Shown: piece by piece, positions 26,056-35,379 of the stretch
How positions within the stretch are numbered: position 1 is the stretch's first letter
Layout: each line of letters begins with the position of its first letter
DNA from: an uncultured Chitinophaga sp.
GTDB lineage: Bacteria; Bacteroidota; Bacteroidia; UKL13-3
DNA: 59,455 bases
Direction of reading: 5' to 3'
NCBI GenBank assembly: GCA_964443415.1
Contig: CAYUDC010000005.1
Coordinates: 1-59,455 of the forward strand
The notes under the pieces: generated by a model
Seen by the model: the letters and a program-made list of their open reading frames with translations, nothing else
What the model was told of the DNA's origin: nothing
Database searches by the model: none
Made by a program: the position numbers and the translations under genes

Positions 26056-29046
26056 ATGGAAAACCGTACAAACTATTTTAGCTCTTTACGTTTCTTTTGC
26101 AGTATGTTAAGGTCTCTAATAATTTTGGTGGTTTTTGGTGTATTGATTTCAAATAAAAGTTTGGGGCAAAGCCATGTCATCAATTGGTCTAAGACCAACC
26201 AGTGGGTAGATTCTGTTTTTGGAACCTTAAGCAACGATGAAAAAATTGCCCAATTGATTACCGTTGCGGTTTGGAGTCAGAGGGATAGCAACTATCTTAA
26301 AGAGATTGAAAATCTGGTAAGAAACTATAAAATCGGCGGGCTAATGTTTATGAAAGGCACGCCTCATAAGCAAGTTGTTTTAACCAATAGATTTCAAAAA
26401 GCATCTAAAATTCCATTATTAGTTAGTATAGATGGCGAATGGGGGTTAAACATGAGGCTAGATAGTACTCCTGTTTTTCCTAGACAAATGGTTCTAGGGG
26501 CAGCCAACGATCTTGAGTTAACAAAGTTGATGGGGGCAGAAATTGCCAAACATTGCCAAAGAATGGGCATACAAGTAAATTTTGCTCCAGACGTAGATAT
26601 CAATAATAATCCGGCCAACCCAGTTATTAACGACCGAAGTTTTGGCGAAAACAAAGAAGTGGTTGCAAGGCACGGAACAGCCTATGCCAAAGGCTTGCAA
26701 GAGAACAGAATTCTTGCTTGTGCCAAACATTTTCCTGGCCACGGAGATACCGAATCTGATTCGCACCATGCACTACCCATGATCACAGGTAGCAGAAAGC
26801 GGCTAGATTCATTAGAGTTATATCCCTTTAGAATTTTAATTCAAAACAAGGTTGGAGCTGTTATGGTAGGCCATTTATATGTTCCAGCAATAGACTCTAG
26901 TGCCAATACAGCTAGTTCTATTTCAAAAACCGCTATCCAAAAGTTGTTAAAAGAGGAGCTTGGTTTCGATGGCTTAGTGGTATCCGACGGCCTAAACATG
27001 AAGGGTGTTGCCAATTATGCTTCGAGTGGTGAAGTTACCGCAAAAGCACTGGCGGCTGGTAATGAATTGTTATTGTTTGTAGAAGATGTACCTAACAGTA
27101 TTTTTTGGATCAAAGAGTATCTAAAAACTGGTGCTATTTCTCAAGAAGCAATTGATGCAGCTTGCAAAAAAATTCTTTTGATAAAATATTGGTCGGGCGT
27201 ATCTCGGTTCAAACCGATACCACTTGAGCATTTAAGTGAAGATTTAAATTGTTGCACCACTGATCTTATTATTCATAAAATTATTAAAAAAGGAATTGTT
27301 GTAGCAAAAAATCAAGACAATTTAATACCACTTGAAAACCCACAAAACTTTAAAATTGCTAGCGTGGCAGTAGGTTATTCAAAGCCTAGCGAATTTCAAA
27401 GGATGCTCAACAATTTTATTAAAGCCGATTACTTTTTCATTGATAAAAACGAAACTAAACAAGCATTCGACTCTGTATTTTCTCTCTTACAACGCTATAG
27501 CTTGGTGATAGTTAGTTTGCATGGTACTAGCCGATTTGTAAGCAAAAAGTTAGGATTAACACAACAGCAAATAAACTTCGTAAATAGCATCCTTTCTGAT
27601 AGAAAAACGATTCTGGTAAACCACGGGAATCCTTATATTTTACAACACTTTCAAACAGCAAGAAATGTTATTGTTGCCTACGAAGATTTACCCGTTTATA
27701 ACATTCAAGCCGCTCAAATACTAGCAGGAGCCATTGAAGCAAAAGGGAAAATGCCGGTCTCTGTGCAACCCTCCTTTCCACTAAATACAGGAATAGAAAC
27801 CTACGCTTTAAATAAGCTTTCTTATGTATTACCCGAAGAGGTTGGATATGATCACACCCCTTTAAGTTATATCGACTCTATTGTTCAAGAAGGAATAAAA
27901 GCCAAGGCTTTTCCTGGCTGTCAGGTACTGGTGGCGTCCGAATCTAAAGTAATATATAGCAAGGCTTTTGGGGGCTTTACCTATGATAGCAACACCACTG
28001 TTGTTCAAAACCACCATTTATATGATTTAGCCTCTCTTACCAAAATGCTTGCCACTACGCTTGCCATGATGAAGTTGTACGAAGAGCATGCTATTGGTTT
28101 AAATGATCATTTAGGGCTCTATTTGCCGTTTTTACGTGGCACATCCAAAGAGCATATTAGTATAAAAGATGTGCTCACGCATCAAGCGGGCTTTTCTGCA
28201 TTTATTCCATTCTATAAAAAAGCTTTACACGACACGTATAAAGATTCTTCCATTTTTAGTAAGACGTATAGTCAGCATTATCAACTAATGGTAGCAGATA
28301 GTGTATTTATTCATAAAGGATTTGAACAAGAAATATTCAATGCCATTGCTATTTCAGAAATGAAAAAGCCTGGAGAATACTTATATTCTGATTTAGGATT
28401 TATCCTTCTTCGAAAACTAGTAGAGAATGTAAGCAACCAAAGTTTTGAAAGCTTCATGCAGGAGCATTTTTATACTCCATTAAACTTAGGAACCTTATGT
28501 TTTAACCCTTTGAGCAAAGGGGTTTCAAAAAGTCTAATTGCACCTACCGAAAGAGATTCTGTTTTTAGGAATCAAAATATTCAGGGTTTTGTTCACGACC
28601 CTACAGCAGCTATGTTAGGGGGAGTGAGTGGGCATGCTGGTTTATTTTCTAATGCCAATGATGTGGCCGTAATTATGCAAATGTTAACCAATTATGGCGA
28701 GTATGGTGGCACTAGGGTTTTAAAATCATCCACAGTTGAGTTGTTTACCAAGAAACAGAGTAAGACCTCCAGACGCGGTTTAGGATTTGATAAACCCGAA
28801 ACAAATATTCAAAAAGCAACACCTACCAGTAAGTTTGCTTCACCTTTAGCATTTGGTCATTCTGGTTTTACTGGAACCTATGCTTGGGCTGATCCTAAAA
28901 ACCAACTCGTCATTGTGTTTTTGTCTAATAGAATTCAACCCTCAGCCGATAATAATAAACTAGCAAACATGAATATTAGAACACGTATTCATGATTTAGT
29001 TTATGAGGCCACTAGGCGGAAACAGAGCTTTACCACGCTCAAATAA
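26056..29046 (+). CDS. Fusion protein: N-terminal GH3 beta-N-acetylhexosaminidase (NagZ-like) plus C-terminal serine beta-lactamase/PBP-like hydrolase
   Basis: GH3 motifs DGEWG, KHFPGHGDTESDSH and GLVVSDGLNM. C-terminal SxxK active-site motif LASLTKM (Ser codon at 28033) and HSGFTGT. Signal/TM segment MLRSLIILVVFGVLI. I use the ATG at 26056 (or 26104) because the supplied start at 25912 overlaps mutL. Confidence 0.85.
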   Translation: MENRTNYFSSLRFFCSMLRSLIILVVFGVLISNKSLGQSHVINWSKTNQWVDSVFGTLSNDEKIAQLITVAVWSQRDSNYLKEIENLVRNYKIGGLMFMKGTPHKQVVLTNRFQKASKIPLLVSIDGEWGLNMRLDSTPVFPRQMVLGAANDLELTKLMGAEIAKHCQRMGIQVNFAPDVDINNNPANPVINDRSFGENKEVVARHGTAYAKGLQENRILACAKHFPGHGDTESDSHHALPMITGSRKRLDSLELYPFRILIQNKVGAVMVGHLYVPAIDSSANTASSISKTAIQKLLKEELGFDGLVVSDGLNMKGVANYASSGEVTAKALAAGNELLLFVEDVPNSIFWIKEYLKTGAISQEAIDAACKKILLIKYWSGVSRFKPIPLEHLSEDLNCCTTDLIIHKIIKKGIVVAKNQDNLIPLENPQNFKIASVAVGYSKPSEFQRMLNNFIKADYFFIDKNETKQAFDSVFSLLQRYSLVIVSLHGTSRFVSKKLGLTQQQINFVNSILSDRKTILVNHGNPYILQHFQTARNVIVAYEDLPVYNIQAAQILAGAIEAKGKMPVSVQPSFPLNTGIETYALNKLSYVLPEEVGYDHTPLSYIDSIVQEGIKAKAFPGCQVLVASESKVIYSKAFGGFTYDSNTTVVQNHHLYDLASLTKMLATTLAMMKLYEEHAIGLNDHLGLYLPFLRGTSKEHISIKDVLTHQAGFSAFIPFYKKALHDTYKDSSIFSKTYSQHYQLMVADSVFIHKGFEQEIFNAIAISEMKKPGEYLYSDLGFILLRKLVENVSNQSFESFMQEHFYTPLNLGTLCFNPLSKGVSKSLIAPTERDSVFRNQNIQGFVHDPTAAMLGGVSGHAGLFSNANDVAVIMQMLTNYGEYGGTRVLKSSTVELFTKKQSKTSRRGLGFDKPETNIQKATPTSKFASPLAFGHSGFTGTYAWADPKNQLVIVFLSNRIQPSADNNKLANMNIRTRIHDLVYEATRRKQSFTTLK
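27206..27218 (-). repeat. One-mismatch copy (ATCGGTTTGAACC)
   Basis: The plus strand reads ggttcaaaccgat. Inside the GH3/beta-lactamase fusion gene (RFKP). Confidence 0.9.
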
Positions 29047-29110
29047 ATCATTATCAGGCACTTTTTTCGGGTATTTCTGTAAATAAATTTGGAAAAGTAA
29101 GTTCAAGGAT

Positions 29111-29118
29111 TATCTTTG
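29111..29118 (+). promoter_or_regulatory. -7 promoter box (TATCTTTG) for the RRM protein gene
   Basis: Exact TAnnTTTG match 20 nt upstream of the ATG at 29139. Confidence 0.45.
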
Positions 29119-29138
29119 ATGCTTCTTATTTTTTATCA

Positions 29139-29444
29139 ATGAACATCTATATTGGAAATTTAAACTGGAGCACAACTGAGGATGATTTACGTAGCCTCTT
29201 TCTCCAATTCGGTGAAGTTAGTTCTGCTAACATCGTTAGCGACAAATTCACTGGTCGTAGTAAAGGATTTGGTTTTGTGGAAATGCCTGATAACACATCA
29301 GGCCATAACGCCATCAACGCTCTTAATGGTCAAGCCTTTAAAGACCGCAACATTACTGTAAATGAAGCTCGTCCTCGCGAAGAAAGACCTGCCCGTAGCA
29401 GCAATGGTGGTGGCGAACGCAGATCGTTTAACAAGAGATTCTAA
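29139..29444 (+). CDS. RRM-type (RNP-1) RNA-binding protein
   Basis: 101 aa. MNIYIGNLNW (RNP-2) and KGFGFVEM (RNP-1), with an Arg/Gly-rich tail. Confidence 0.92.
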   Translation: MNIYIGNLNWSTTEDDLRSLFLQFGEVSSANIVSDKFTGRSKGFGFVEMPDNTSGHNAINALNGQAFKDRNITVNEARPREERPARSSNGGGERRSFNKRF

Positions 29445-29455
29445 TCTCTGTGTTT

Positions 29456-29491
29456 CAAAAAAAACCGCTTCAAGTTTGAAGCGGTTTTTTT
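29456..29491. terminator. Bidirectional rho-independent terminator between convergent genes
   Basis: A-run, stem ccgcttca (29465-29472), loop, stem tgaagcgg (29477-29484), then a T-run. Confidence 0.8.
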
Positions 29492-29495
29492 ATGC

Positions 29496-30713
29496 CTAAT
29501 CTTTTGCCCTTAGCTTTTTCTTTTGGGCTTGGGTCATGCTATTAATTTTCTTGTAGTAACCTAACTTACTACCTTCTACCCATACAATTAGATTTTGCCC
29601 ATATTTAAGCGAATTTCCTTTTAGTTTATTCCACGATTTTATGTCCGATGCTGGCACATCAAAGCAATCTGCAATCTCTCCAAGCACATCACCTTTCTTT
29701 ACTTTATAAACTAGTTTTTTCTTGGTAAACTTTTTCTCTTGATTGGCTGCAGGCTTAGAGTTGCTAACACTATCAACTATTTGTTCCTTTAATTTTTGTA
29801 CAGGATCTGCTTGCAGGTCTAACACATTGATGGGCCTGTAAACAGAGTCTTTTAAATAGGCTAAATTCTTAGATTTGGAGCTTGGTACCCTTAAGATATA
29901 ACCCTCAACCGTAAAGGGTATTACGTCTTTTCTAAAAATAGGATTTAGTTCCCTAAGGTCTTCCATGGAAGTTGAGGTTACCGCAGACACCTGTTCAAAA
30001 GATAGCCATTTGTTAACCAATATACTGTCTGTAGTAACCTCAAAACTTGGTTCAGCAGTAGAAATGCCATGCTCTTTATAATAGTTCAAAATATAGGCAG
30101 TTGCTACTACCTTTGGGTATAAATCTTTGCAAAAAGAGGGCATGTGAGGATAAATATCCCAAAAATAAAGGCTGTTGCCGCTAATTCGGATACACTTGTT
30201 AAGGGTAACAGGTGAGCAGCCATAACTGGCTATCACTAATGGCCAACTTTTGTAAATGCTATATAAATCCTTAAGGTGTTGGGCGGCAACAAGACTAGAT
30301 TTATTGGGATCTCGCCTTTCGTCTATATAGGTGTTTACCTTTAGTTTATACATTTTACTTACGGCAAAAGTCATCATCCAAATACCACTTGCGCCATTTG
30401 AAGCTACAGAAGATGGATCTAGAGAAGATGCTGTTGCGGCCAAATATTTTAAACCGATGGGTAATCCCTTTGCCTTTAGGTTCTTTTCAATCATAGGAAA
30501 GTAGAATTTACTTCTACCTATAAGCGCTCGAACCTTTTCTGGATTATTAAGATATTCTTCTATAAATGGTTTAACTGCGGGGTGCCAAGCCAACTCAATA
30601 GAACTATTCATAGCCGAAATTCTAGATTGTAATACTTCATCTGAAGGCAAAACAGCCCTATTGGCTAAAGAAATATTAGCAATAAAAACAAATAATATAA
30701 GCAGTCTTCCCAT
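29496..30713 (-). CDS. Lytic murein transglycosylase (SLT domain, MltD-like) with a C-terminal LysM domain
   Basis: 405 aa with a signal peptide. SLT-like segment GASGIWMMTFAVSKMYKLKVNTYIDERRDP. LysM segment YKVKKGDVLGEIADCFDVPASDIKSWNKL. Confidence 0.8.
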   Translation of the reverse strand: MGRLLILFVFIANISLANRAVLPSDEVLQSRISAMNSSIELAWHPAVKPFIEEYLNNPEKVRALIGRSKFYFPMIEKNLKAKGLPIGLKYLAATASSLDPSSVASNGASGIWMMTFAVSKMYKLKVNTYIDERRDPNKSSLVAAQHLKDLYSIYKSWPLVIASYGCSPVTLNKCIRISGNSLYFWDIYPHMPSFCKDLYPKVVATAYILNYYKEHGISTAEPSFEVTTDSILVNKWLSFEQVSAVTSTSMEDLRELNPIFRKDVIPFTVEGYILRVPSSKSKNLAYLKDSVYRPINVLDLQADPVQKLKEQIVDSVSNSKPAANQEKKFTKKKLVYKVKKGDVLGEIADCFDVPASDIKSWNKLKGNSLKYGQNLIVWVEGSKLGYYKKINSMTQAQKKKLRAKD

Positions 30714-30807
30714 AAGTTGGCAAACTAGTAATTGAAATAATAAAATATCTAAAATCTAATAAAGATTTAAACAGAATTAGATAGCATAATCGTCGTCTTT
30801 AGACAAC

Positions 30808-32220
30808 TTAAAATGCCTTTGCCAAAGAAAGCAAATTCGCATCTTTTCCTCTAGGTGCCATCAATTGAATGCCTATTGGCAAGCCTAATTCATCGGTTCC
30901 ATATGGTATACTAATTGCTGGGTTTCCCGCAATATTTGCATGAACCGTAAAAATATCTGCAAGGTACATGGCAATTGGATTGTCTGACTTCTCTCCAATC
31001 TTAAATGCTGTTGTAGGTGAAGTAGGAGAAATAATAAAATCATAATGATTGAAAATCTCCTCTGTTTTATTTTTTACCAACCTTCTAACCTTTTGTGCTT
31101 TACTGTAGTATGCATCATAATATCCAGAAGACAATACAAAGGTTCCAAGCATAATTCTTCTTTTTACCTCTGGGCCAAAGCCTTCAGATCTCGACTTCTT
31201 AATGGTACTTTCTAAGTCTACAGCATTGGCGCTTCTATATCCATAATGCATTCCAGCAAACCTAGAAAGATTGGAAGATGCTTCGGCAGTAGTTAAAGTA
31301 TAATAAACTGGCACCAACACATTCAATAAGTCAAAGCTAATTGGTTCAACCACATGGCCCTTATCTTTAAGCATTTTGATAAATTCCCCTGCTTTTAATT
31401 TAACCTCTGGCTGAAGCCCTTCTGTTTCTAACGCCTCCTTGATGTATGCAAATCTTTTTGGTGCAGTTTCTTCTAACTGATTGTTGCTAAAACTTGGTAA
31501 TGGTTCTTGAACCGAAGTTGCATCGTGTTCATCCATCCCAGCAATAACATCCATTACCAATTGTATATCTTCTACAGTATGTGCAATTGGTCCAATAATG
31601 TCAAAGGAAGAGGCATAAGCAATAAGTCCATATCTAGATATATAACCATAGCTTGGCTTATATCCATATAAACCGCAAAAAGAGGCTGGCTGTCTAATAC
31701 TGCCCCCTGTATCACTTCCTAAGCTTAACAAACACATCCCGGCCTGAACAGCAACAGCAGCGCCGCCACTAGAACCACCAGAAACCCTTTCATTATCTAG
31801 GGCATTTTTTACCGGTCCAAAGGCTGAGTTTTCATTTGAAGCACCCATCGCAAATTCATCGCAATTTAAGCGACCAATAATGATGGCATCTTCAGCTAAA
31901 AGCCGCTCAACAACCGTAGCAGAGTACAAAGATTCAAATCCTTCTAATATTTTTGATGATGCAGAAACCTTGTGGTCTTTGTAAACAATATTGTCTTTTA
32001 GCCCAATAACCATTCCGGCCAGCTTGCCTGCAGAATTACTTGCTAACTTTTGTGCTATGCTTTCTGCACTCTGTATCGATTCTTCTGCATACACCTCGAG
32101 GAATGCATTTAAATGCGAGTTTTGTTCAATTTGGCTCAGATAATTCTTTACCAGTTGAGGCAAACTAATTTCTCCCGAAGTTAAATCGGTTCTAATTTGG
32201 GCTAAACTTGTGTACATCAA
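30808..32220 (-). CDS. gatA: Glutamyl/aspartyl-tRNA amidotransferase subunit A
   Basis: 470 aa. Amidase signature GGSSGGAAVAVQAG...GSDTGGSIRQPASFCG. Confidence 0.93.
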   Translation of the reverse strand: MMYTSLAQIRTDLTSGEISLPQLVKNYLSQIEQNSHLNAFLEVYAEESIQSAESIAQKLASNSAGKLAGMVIGLKDNIVYKDHKVSASSKILEGFESLYSATVVERLLAEDAIIIGRLNCDEFAMGASNENSAFGPVKNALDNERVSGGSSGGAAVAVQAGMCLLSLGSDTGGSIRQPASFCGLYGYKPSYGYISRYGLIAYASSFDIIGPIAHTVEDIQLVMDVIAGMDEHDATSVQEPLPSFSNNQLEETAPKRFAYIKEALETEGLQPEVKLKAGEFIKMLKDKGHVVEPISFDLLNVLVPVYYTLTTAEASSNLSRFAGMHYGYRSANAVDLESTIKKSRSEGFGPEVKRRIMLGTFVLSSGYYDAYYSKAQKVRRLVKNKTEEIFNHYDFIISPTSPTTAFKIGEKSDNPIAMYLADIFTVHANIAGNPAISIPYGTDELGLPIGIQLMAPRGKDANLLSLAKAF

Positions 32221-32226
32221 AAATGC

Positions 32227-32415
32227 TTATTTAGACTCTTGATCTTTGGCCTTCATGCCTTCTTCAATGTGATCTTTTACATTCTTTTTGGCATCATTAA
32301 ACTCTCTGATACCGTTACCGATACCACGCATTAATTCTGGAATTTTTTTACCGCCAAAAAGAAGCAAAATTACCAGCAAAATTACGATCATTTCTGATCC
32401 ACCTAATCCAAACAT
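32227..32415 (-). CDS. tatA: Twin-arginine translocase TatA/E-family protein
   Basis: 62 aa. [33 protein letters not shown]. The gene lies 6 nt upstream of gatA. Confidence 0.9.
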   Translation of the reverse strand: MFGLGGSEMIVILLVILLLFGGKKIPELMRGIGNGIREFNDAKKNVKDHIEEGMKAKDQESK

Positions 32416-32476
32416 ATTTTCAGTTTTTAAAATTCAAAATTAACTAATTTTCCTTTACCACTTCAAAGAATATTCT

Positions 32477-33796
32477 TTATTTCAAATGAACCATTCTTTT
32501 CAATTGCTTTAATTCCTTTTCGGTAAGTTCTCTCCATTCTCCTCGCTTTAGCTTACCCTTTTCTAAACCAGCATATAAAACCCTATCTAGCTTGTCTACT
32601 GTATATCCTAAATGTTCAAAAATTCTATGGATAATTCTGTTTTTACCGCTATGAATTTCTACTCCAACAACTGCTTTGTCTTTAGGGTCGGGTTGACCCA
32701 AAGCGTCTGGTTTAATAAATCCGTCCTCTAACTCTACACCATTGGCCAATGTCCACAAATCTGTTGGTTTGATAATTTTATTTAAAGTGGCTTTATACAC
32801 TTTTTTAACCTCATACTTCGGGTGCATAAGCCTTTGAGACATTTCACCATCATTGGTTAATAGCAAAACACCTGTGGTATTTCTATCCAAACGGCCAACT
32901 GGATATATGCGTTCTCTCATTTTTCCCTCAAACAAATCCATCACGGTATTTCTGCCTTCTGGATCGTCTGAAGTTGTAATCGCATCTTTGGGTTTATTTA
33001 AAATAATATAAACTTTAGCTTCAACATTTAACTTTTCACCATTAAACTTAACAACGTCCCCAGCTTTAACCTTTAAACCAAGTTCGGTAACCACTTGGCC
33101 ATTTACCGTAACCAAACCGGCCGAAATTAATTCATCTGCCTCTCTCCTACTGCAAACACCTGCATTTGAAATATATCGGTTAATGCGAATCTCTTCGCCT
33201 TGCTTTAGGGCCTTTTCAGTTACCCATTCTTTGGTGTTTCCTTTAAGTTTCTTTTTTCCTAAATCCTCTTGTTCTTCCAATATGAGTTGCTTGCCTTTAG
33301 AACCTGGTTTCTTAAACCTGTAATCAACCTCATCTTTGGCACTCATCTTTGGTTTAAACCCTTTTAATTCATTTTTCTTGGTAAACCTTCCTTTGCCTTT
33401 AGGGCTATCAAATTGTCGAGAGGTGCTTGTTCTAGGCGTTCTTTCTGGCTTTTTATCTATCCTTTTGTTTTCAGGCTCTTGTTTTCCCTCTGACAAACTT
33501 TTTAGTTTTTTTCTTTCTGTAAATGTGCTAGCGGTTCCATAAGGCTTTTTATCCCCTAATTTGCTGCTGCGGGATTGTCTAGGTTCTGTTTTTGTCTTTG
33601 AGTAAGAACCAGTAGATTTTCTTTTGGGGGCCGCCTCATCCTCTTTTCTTTTACCAGAGAATGTTCCTGCCTTTTTTGACGGTGCTTCTGAGCGATATGA
33701 CTTTGATGGTGTAGATTTTTTATAACCTGACGCCCTTGAGCTGCTTGAATTTTGTTTGCGTGCAGGAGATTTTCCTGTGTTGTTTTTACGTATCAT
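32477..33796 (-). CDS. rluB: Pseudouridine synthase (RsuA/RluB family, S4 domain) with a basic N-terminal extension of about 195 aa
   Basis: S4 domain RINRYISNAGVCSRREADELI. Catalytic motif YPVGRLDRNTTGVLLLTNDG. Residues 1 to about 195 are Lys/Ser/Pro/Arg-rich and low-complexity. Confidence 0.85.
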   Translation of the reverse strand: MIRKNNTGKSPARKQNSSSSRASGYKKSTPSKSYRSEAPSKKAGTFSGKRKEDEAAPKRKSTGSYSKTKTEPRQSRSSKLGDKKPYGTASTFTERKKLKSLSEGKQEPENKRIDKKPERTPRTSTSRQFDSPKGKGRFTKKNELKGFKPKMSAKDEVDYRFKKPGSKGKQLILEEQEDLGKKKLKGNTKEWVTEKALKQGEEIRINRYISNAGVCSRREADELISAGLVTVNGQVVTELGLKVKAGDVVKFNGEKLNVEAKVYIILNKPKDAITTSDDPEGRNTVMDLFEGKMRERIYPVGRLDRNTTGVLLLTNDGEMSQRLMHPKYEVKKVYKATLNKIIKPTDLWTLANGVELEDGFIKPDALGQPDPKDKAVVGVEIHSGKNRIIHRIFEHLGYTVDKLDRVLYAGLEKGKLKRGEWRELTEKELKQLKRMVHLK

Positions 33797-33860
33797 TAGC
33801 CTGCAAAGATAGTCGAAAACTGCGGCTTTTCAACACATTATACACAGTTGTCTTTTATTT

Positions 33861-33873
33861 TTCGGTTTGAACC
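33861..33873 (+). repeat. Exact copy of TTCGGTTTGAACC, intergenic
   Basis: Read directly from the sequence. In the divergent promoter region between the rluB-like gene and the DAACS transporter gene. Confidence 0.95.
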
Positions 33874-33942
33874 AATAGACTCAAGTAAAGTAAAATTTGC
33901 CTATTTAAGCGTTAAATAATGGTTTTTCACTAAGTTTGACTC

Positions 33943-35316
33943 ATGAAGGCAAAAAGACTCTTAATTGCATCCTTTTCTGTATTTGGCGTGCTATCGGTTC
34001 TCTTCTTACTCAATCAATATGCCATTACAAAGGTGCCTGATGTATTTATTCAAATTCTTAAATGGATTGGCCTAAGCCTAGCAACATGGTTTGCCTGGGA
34101 AAGAAAAAACCTAACCGCATGGATTATGGTTGCCATGTTTATTGGTGTTGCACTTGGAAATGATTTTCCAGAAATAAGCAAACCATTAAAGGTATTTAGT
34201 GATATCTTTTTAAGACTGATTAAAACGATTATTGCCCCACTATTATTTGCCACCTTAGTGGTAGGTATCGCTGGCCATTCTAATATTAAACAAGTAGGAA
34301 GAATGGGCTTAAAGTCATTAATTTATTTTGAGCTTGTAACTACTGTCGCACTAATTATTGGGCTTCTTGCCATCAACTTAACACAAGCTGGTAAAGGCAC
34401 TGTGCTTGAAGCAGGCAGTTCCCAAATTGAGAAAGCAAATAAGCTGCTGGCTCAAAAGCAAACACATGATGTTATTTTAGATGTGTTCCCAGAAAATTTC
34501 GCCAAGGCAGTAGCAGAAAATCAAATTTTACAAATTGTGGTATTTAGTATTCTCTTTGGCATTGGACTAGCATTGGTTCAAAACGAAGAAAAGAAAAGTG
34601 TAATGCTAAGATTCACCGAAAGCTTAAGTGAGGTAATGTTTAAATTTACACATATTGTAATGCTTTTTGCTCCATTGGCTGTTGGGGGCGCCATGGCATA
34701 TTCTGTAGCGAGTATGGGCTTAGGTGTTTTAGGAAATCTACTTAAGCTTGTTGCCACATTATATGGTGCATTAATTGCTTTTGTCGCACTGGTGCTAATC
34801 CCTATAGCCGTAGCTACAAAATTGCCTTTTAAACAGTTCCTAAATGCCATTTCAGAACCAGTTTCTATTGCATTTGCCACAGCAAGTTCAGAGGCAGCCT
34901 TACCAAAAGCGATGGAACGTTTAGAACAGATGGGAATCCCTCGCAAAGTGGTAGCATTTGTTTTACCTACAGGTTATAGTTTTAACCTAGATGGAACCAC
35001 TTTATATTTGTCACTTGCATCCGTATTTATTGCACAAGCATCTGGTTTAGATCTAACTACGGGTCAACAAATACAAATGTGTTTGATTCTTATGCTAACA
35101 AGCAAAGGTGTTGCTGGGGTAAGGGGTGCAAGTTTTTTAATTTTGGTCTCAACCATTAGTACACTTTCAATGCCCGACGGCAGCACCTTAGACCCCACAA
35201 AAGCATTTGCTATTTTAGCTGTAGACGCCCTAATGGATATGGGAAGAACTACTGTAAATGTGATTGGAAATTGTCTTGCAACTTGGGTTATTGCCAAATG
35301 GGAAGGTGAGGTATAA
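33943..35316 (+). CDS. Dicarboxylate/amino acid:cation symporter (DAACS, GltP/DctA-like)
   Basis: 457 aa. Motifs TASSEAALP, PTGYSFNLDGT and MDMGRTTVNVIGN are diagnostic of the family. Confidence 0.9.
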   Translation: MKAKRLLIASFSVFGVLSVLFLLNQYAITKVPDVFIQILKWIGLSLATWFAWERKNLTAWIMVAMFIGVALGNDFPEISKPLKVFSDIFLRLIKTIIAPLLFATLVVGIAGHSNIKQVGRMGLKSLIYFELVTTVALIIGLLAINLTQAGKGTVLEAGSSQIEKANKLLAQKQTHDVILDVFPENFAKAVAENQILQIVVFSILFGIGLALVQNEEKKSVMLRFTESLSEVMFKFTHIVMLFAPLAVGGAMAYSVASMGLGVLGNLLKLVATLYGALIAFVALVLIPIAVATKLPFKQFLNAISEPVSIAFATASSEAALPKAMERLEQMGIPRKVVAFVLPTGYSFNLDGTTLYLSLASVFIAQASGLDLTTGQQIQMCLILMLTSKGVAGVRGASFLILVSTISTLSMPDGSTLDPTKAFAILAVDALMDMGRTTVNVIGNCLATWVIAKWEGEV

Positions 35317-35379
35317 CGAGAACTATTCACATTATAAAGGGCATTCTTGTTAGTGGTTTATTAATTTGACCCGCAGTGA

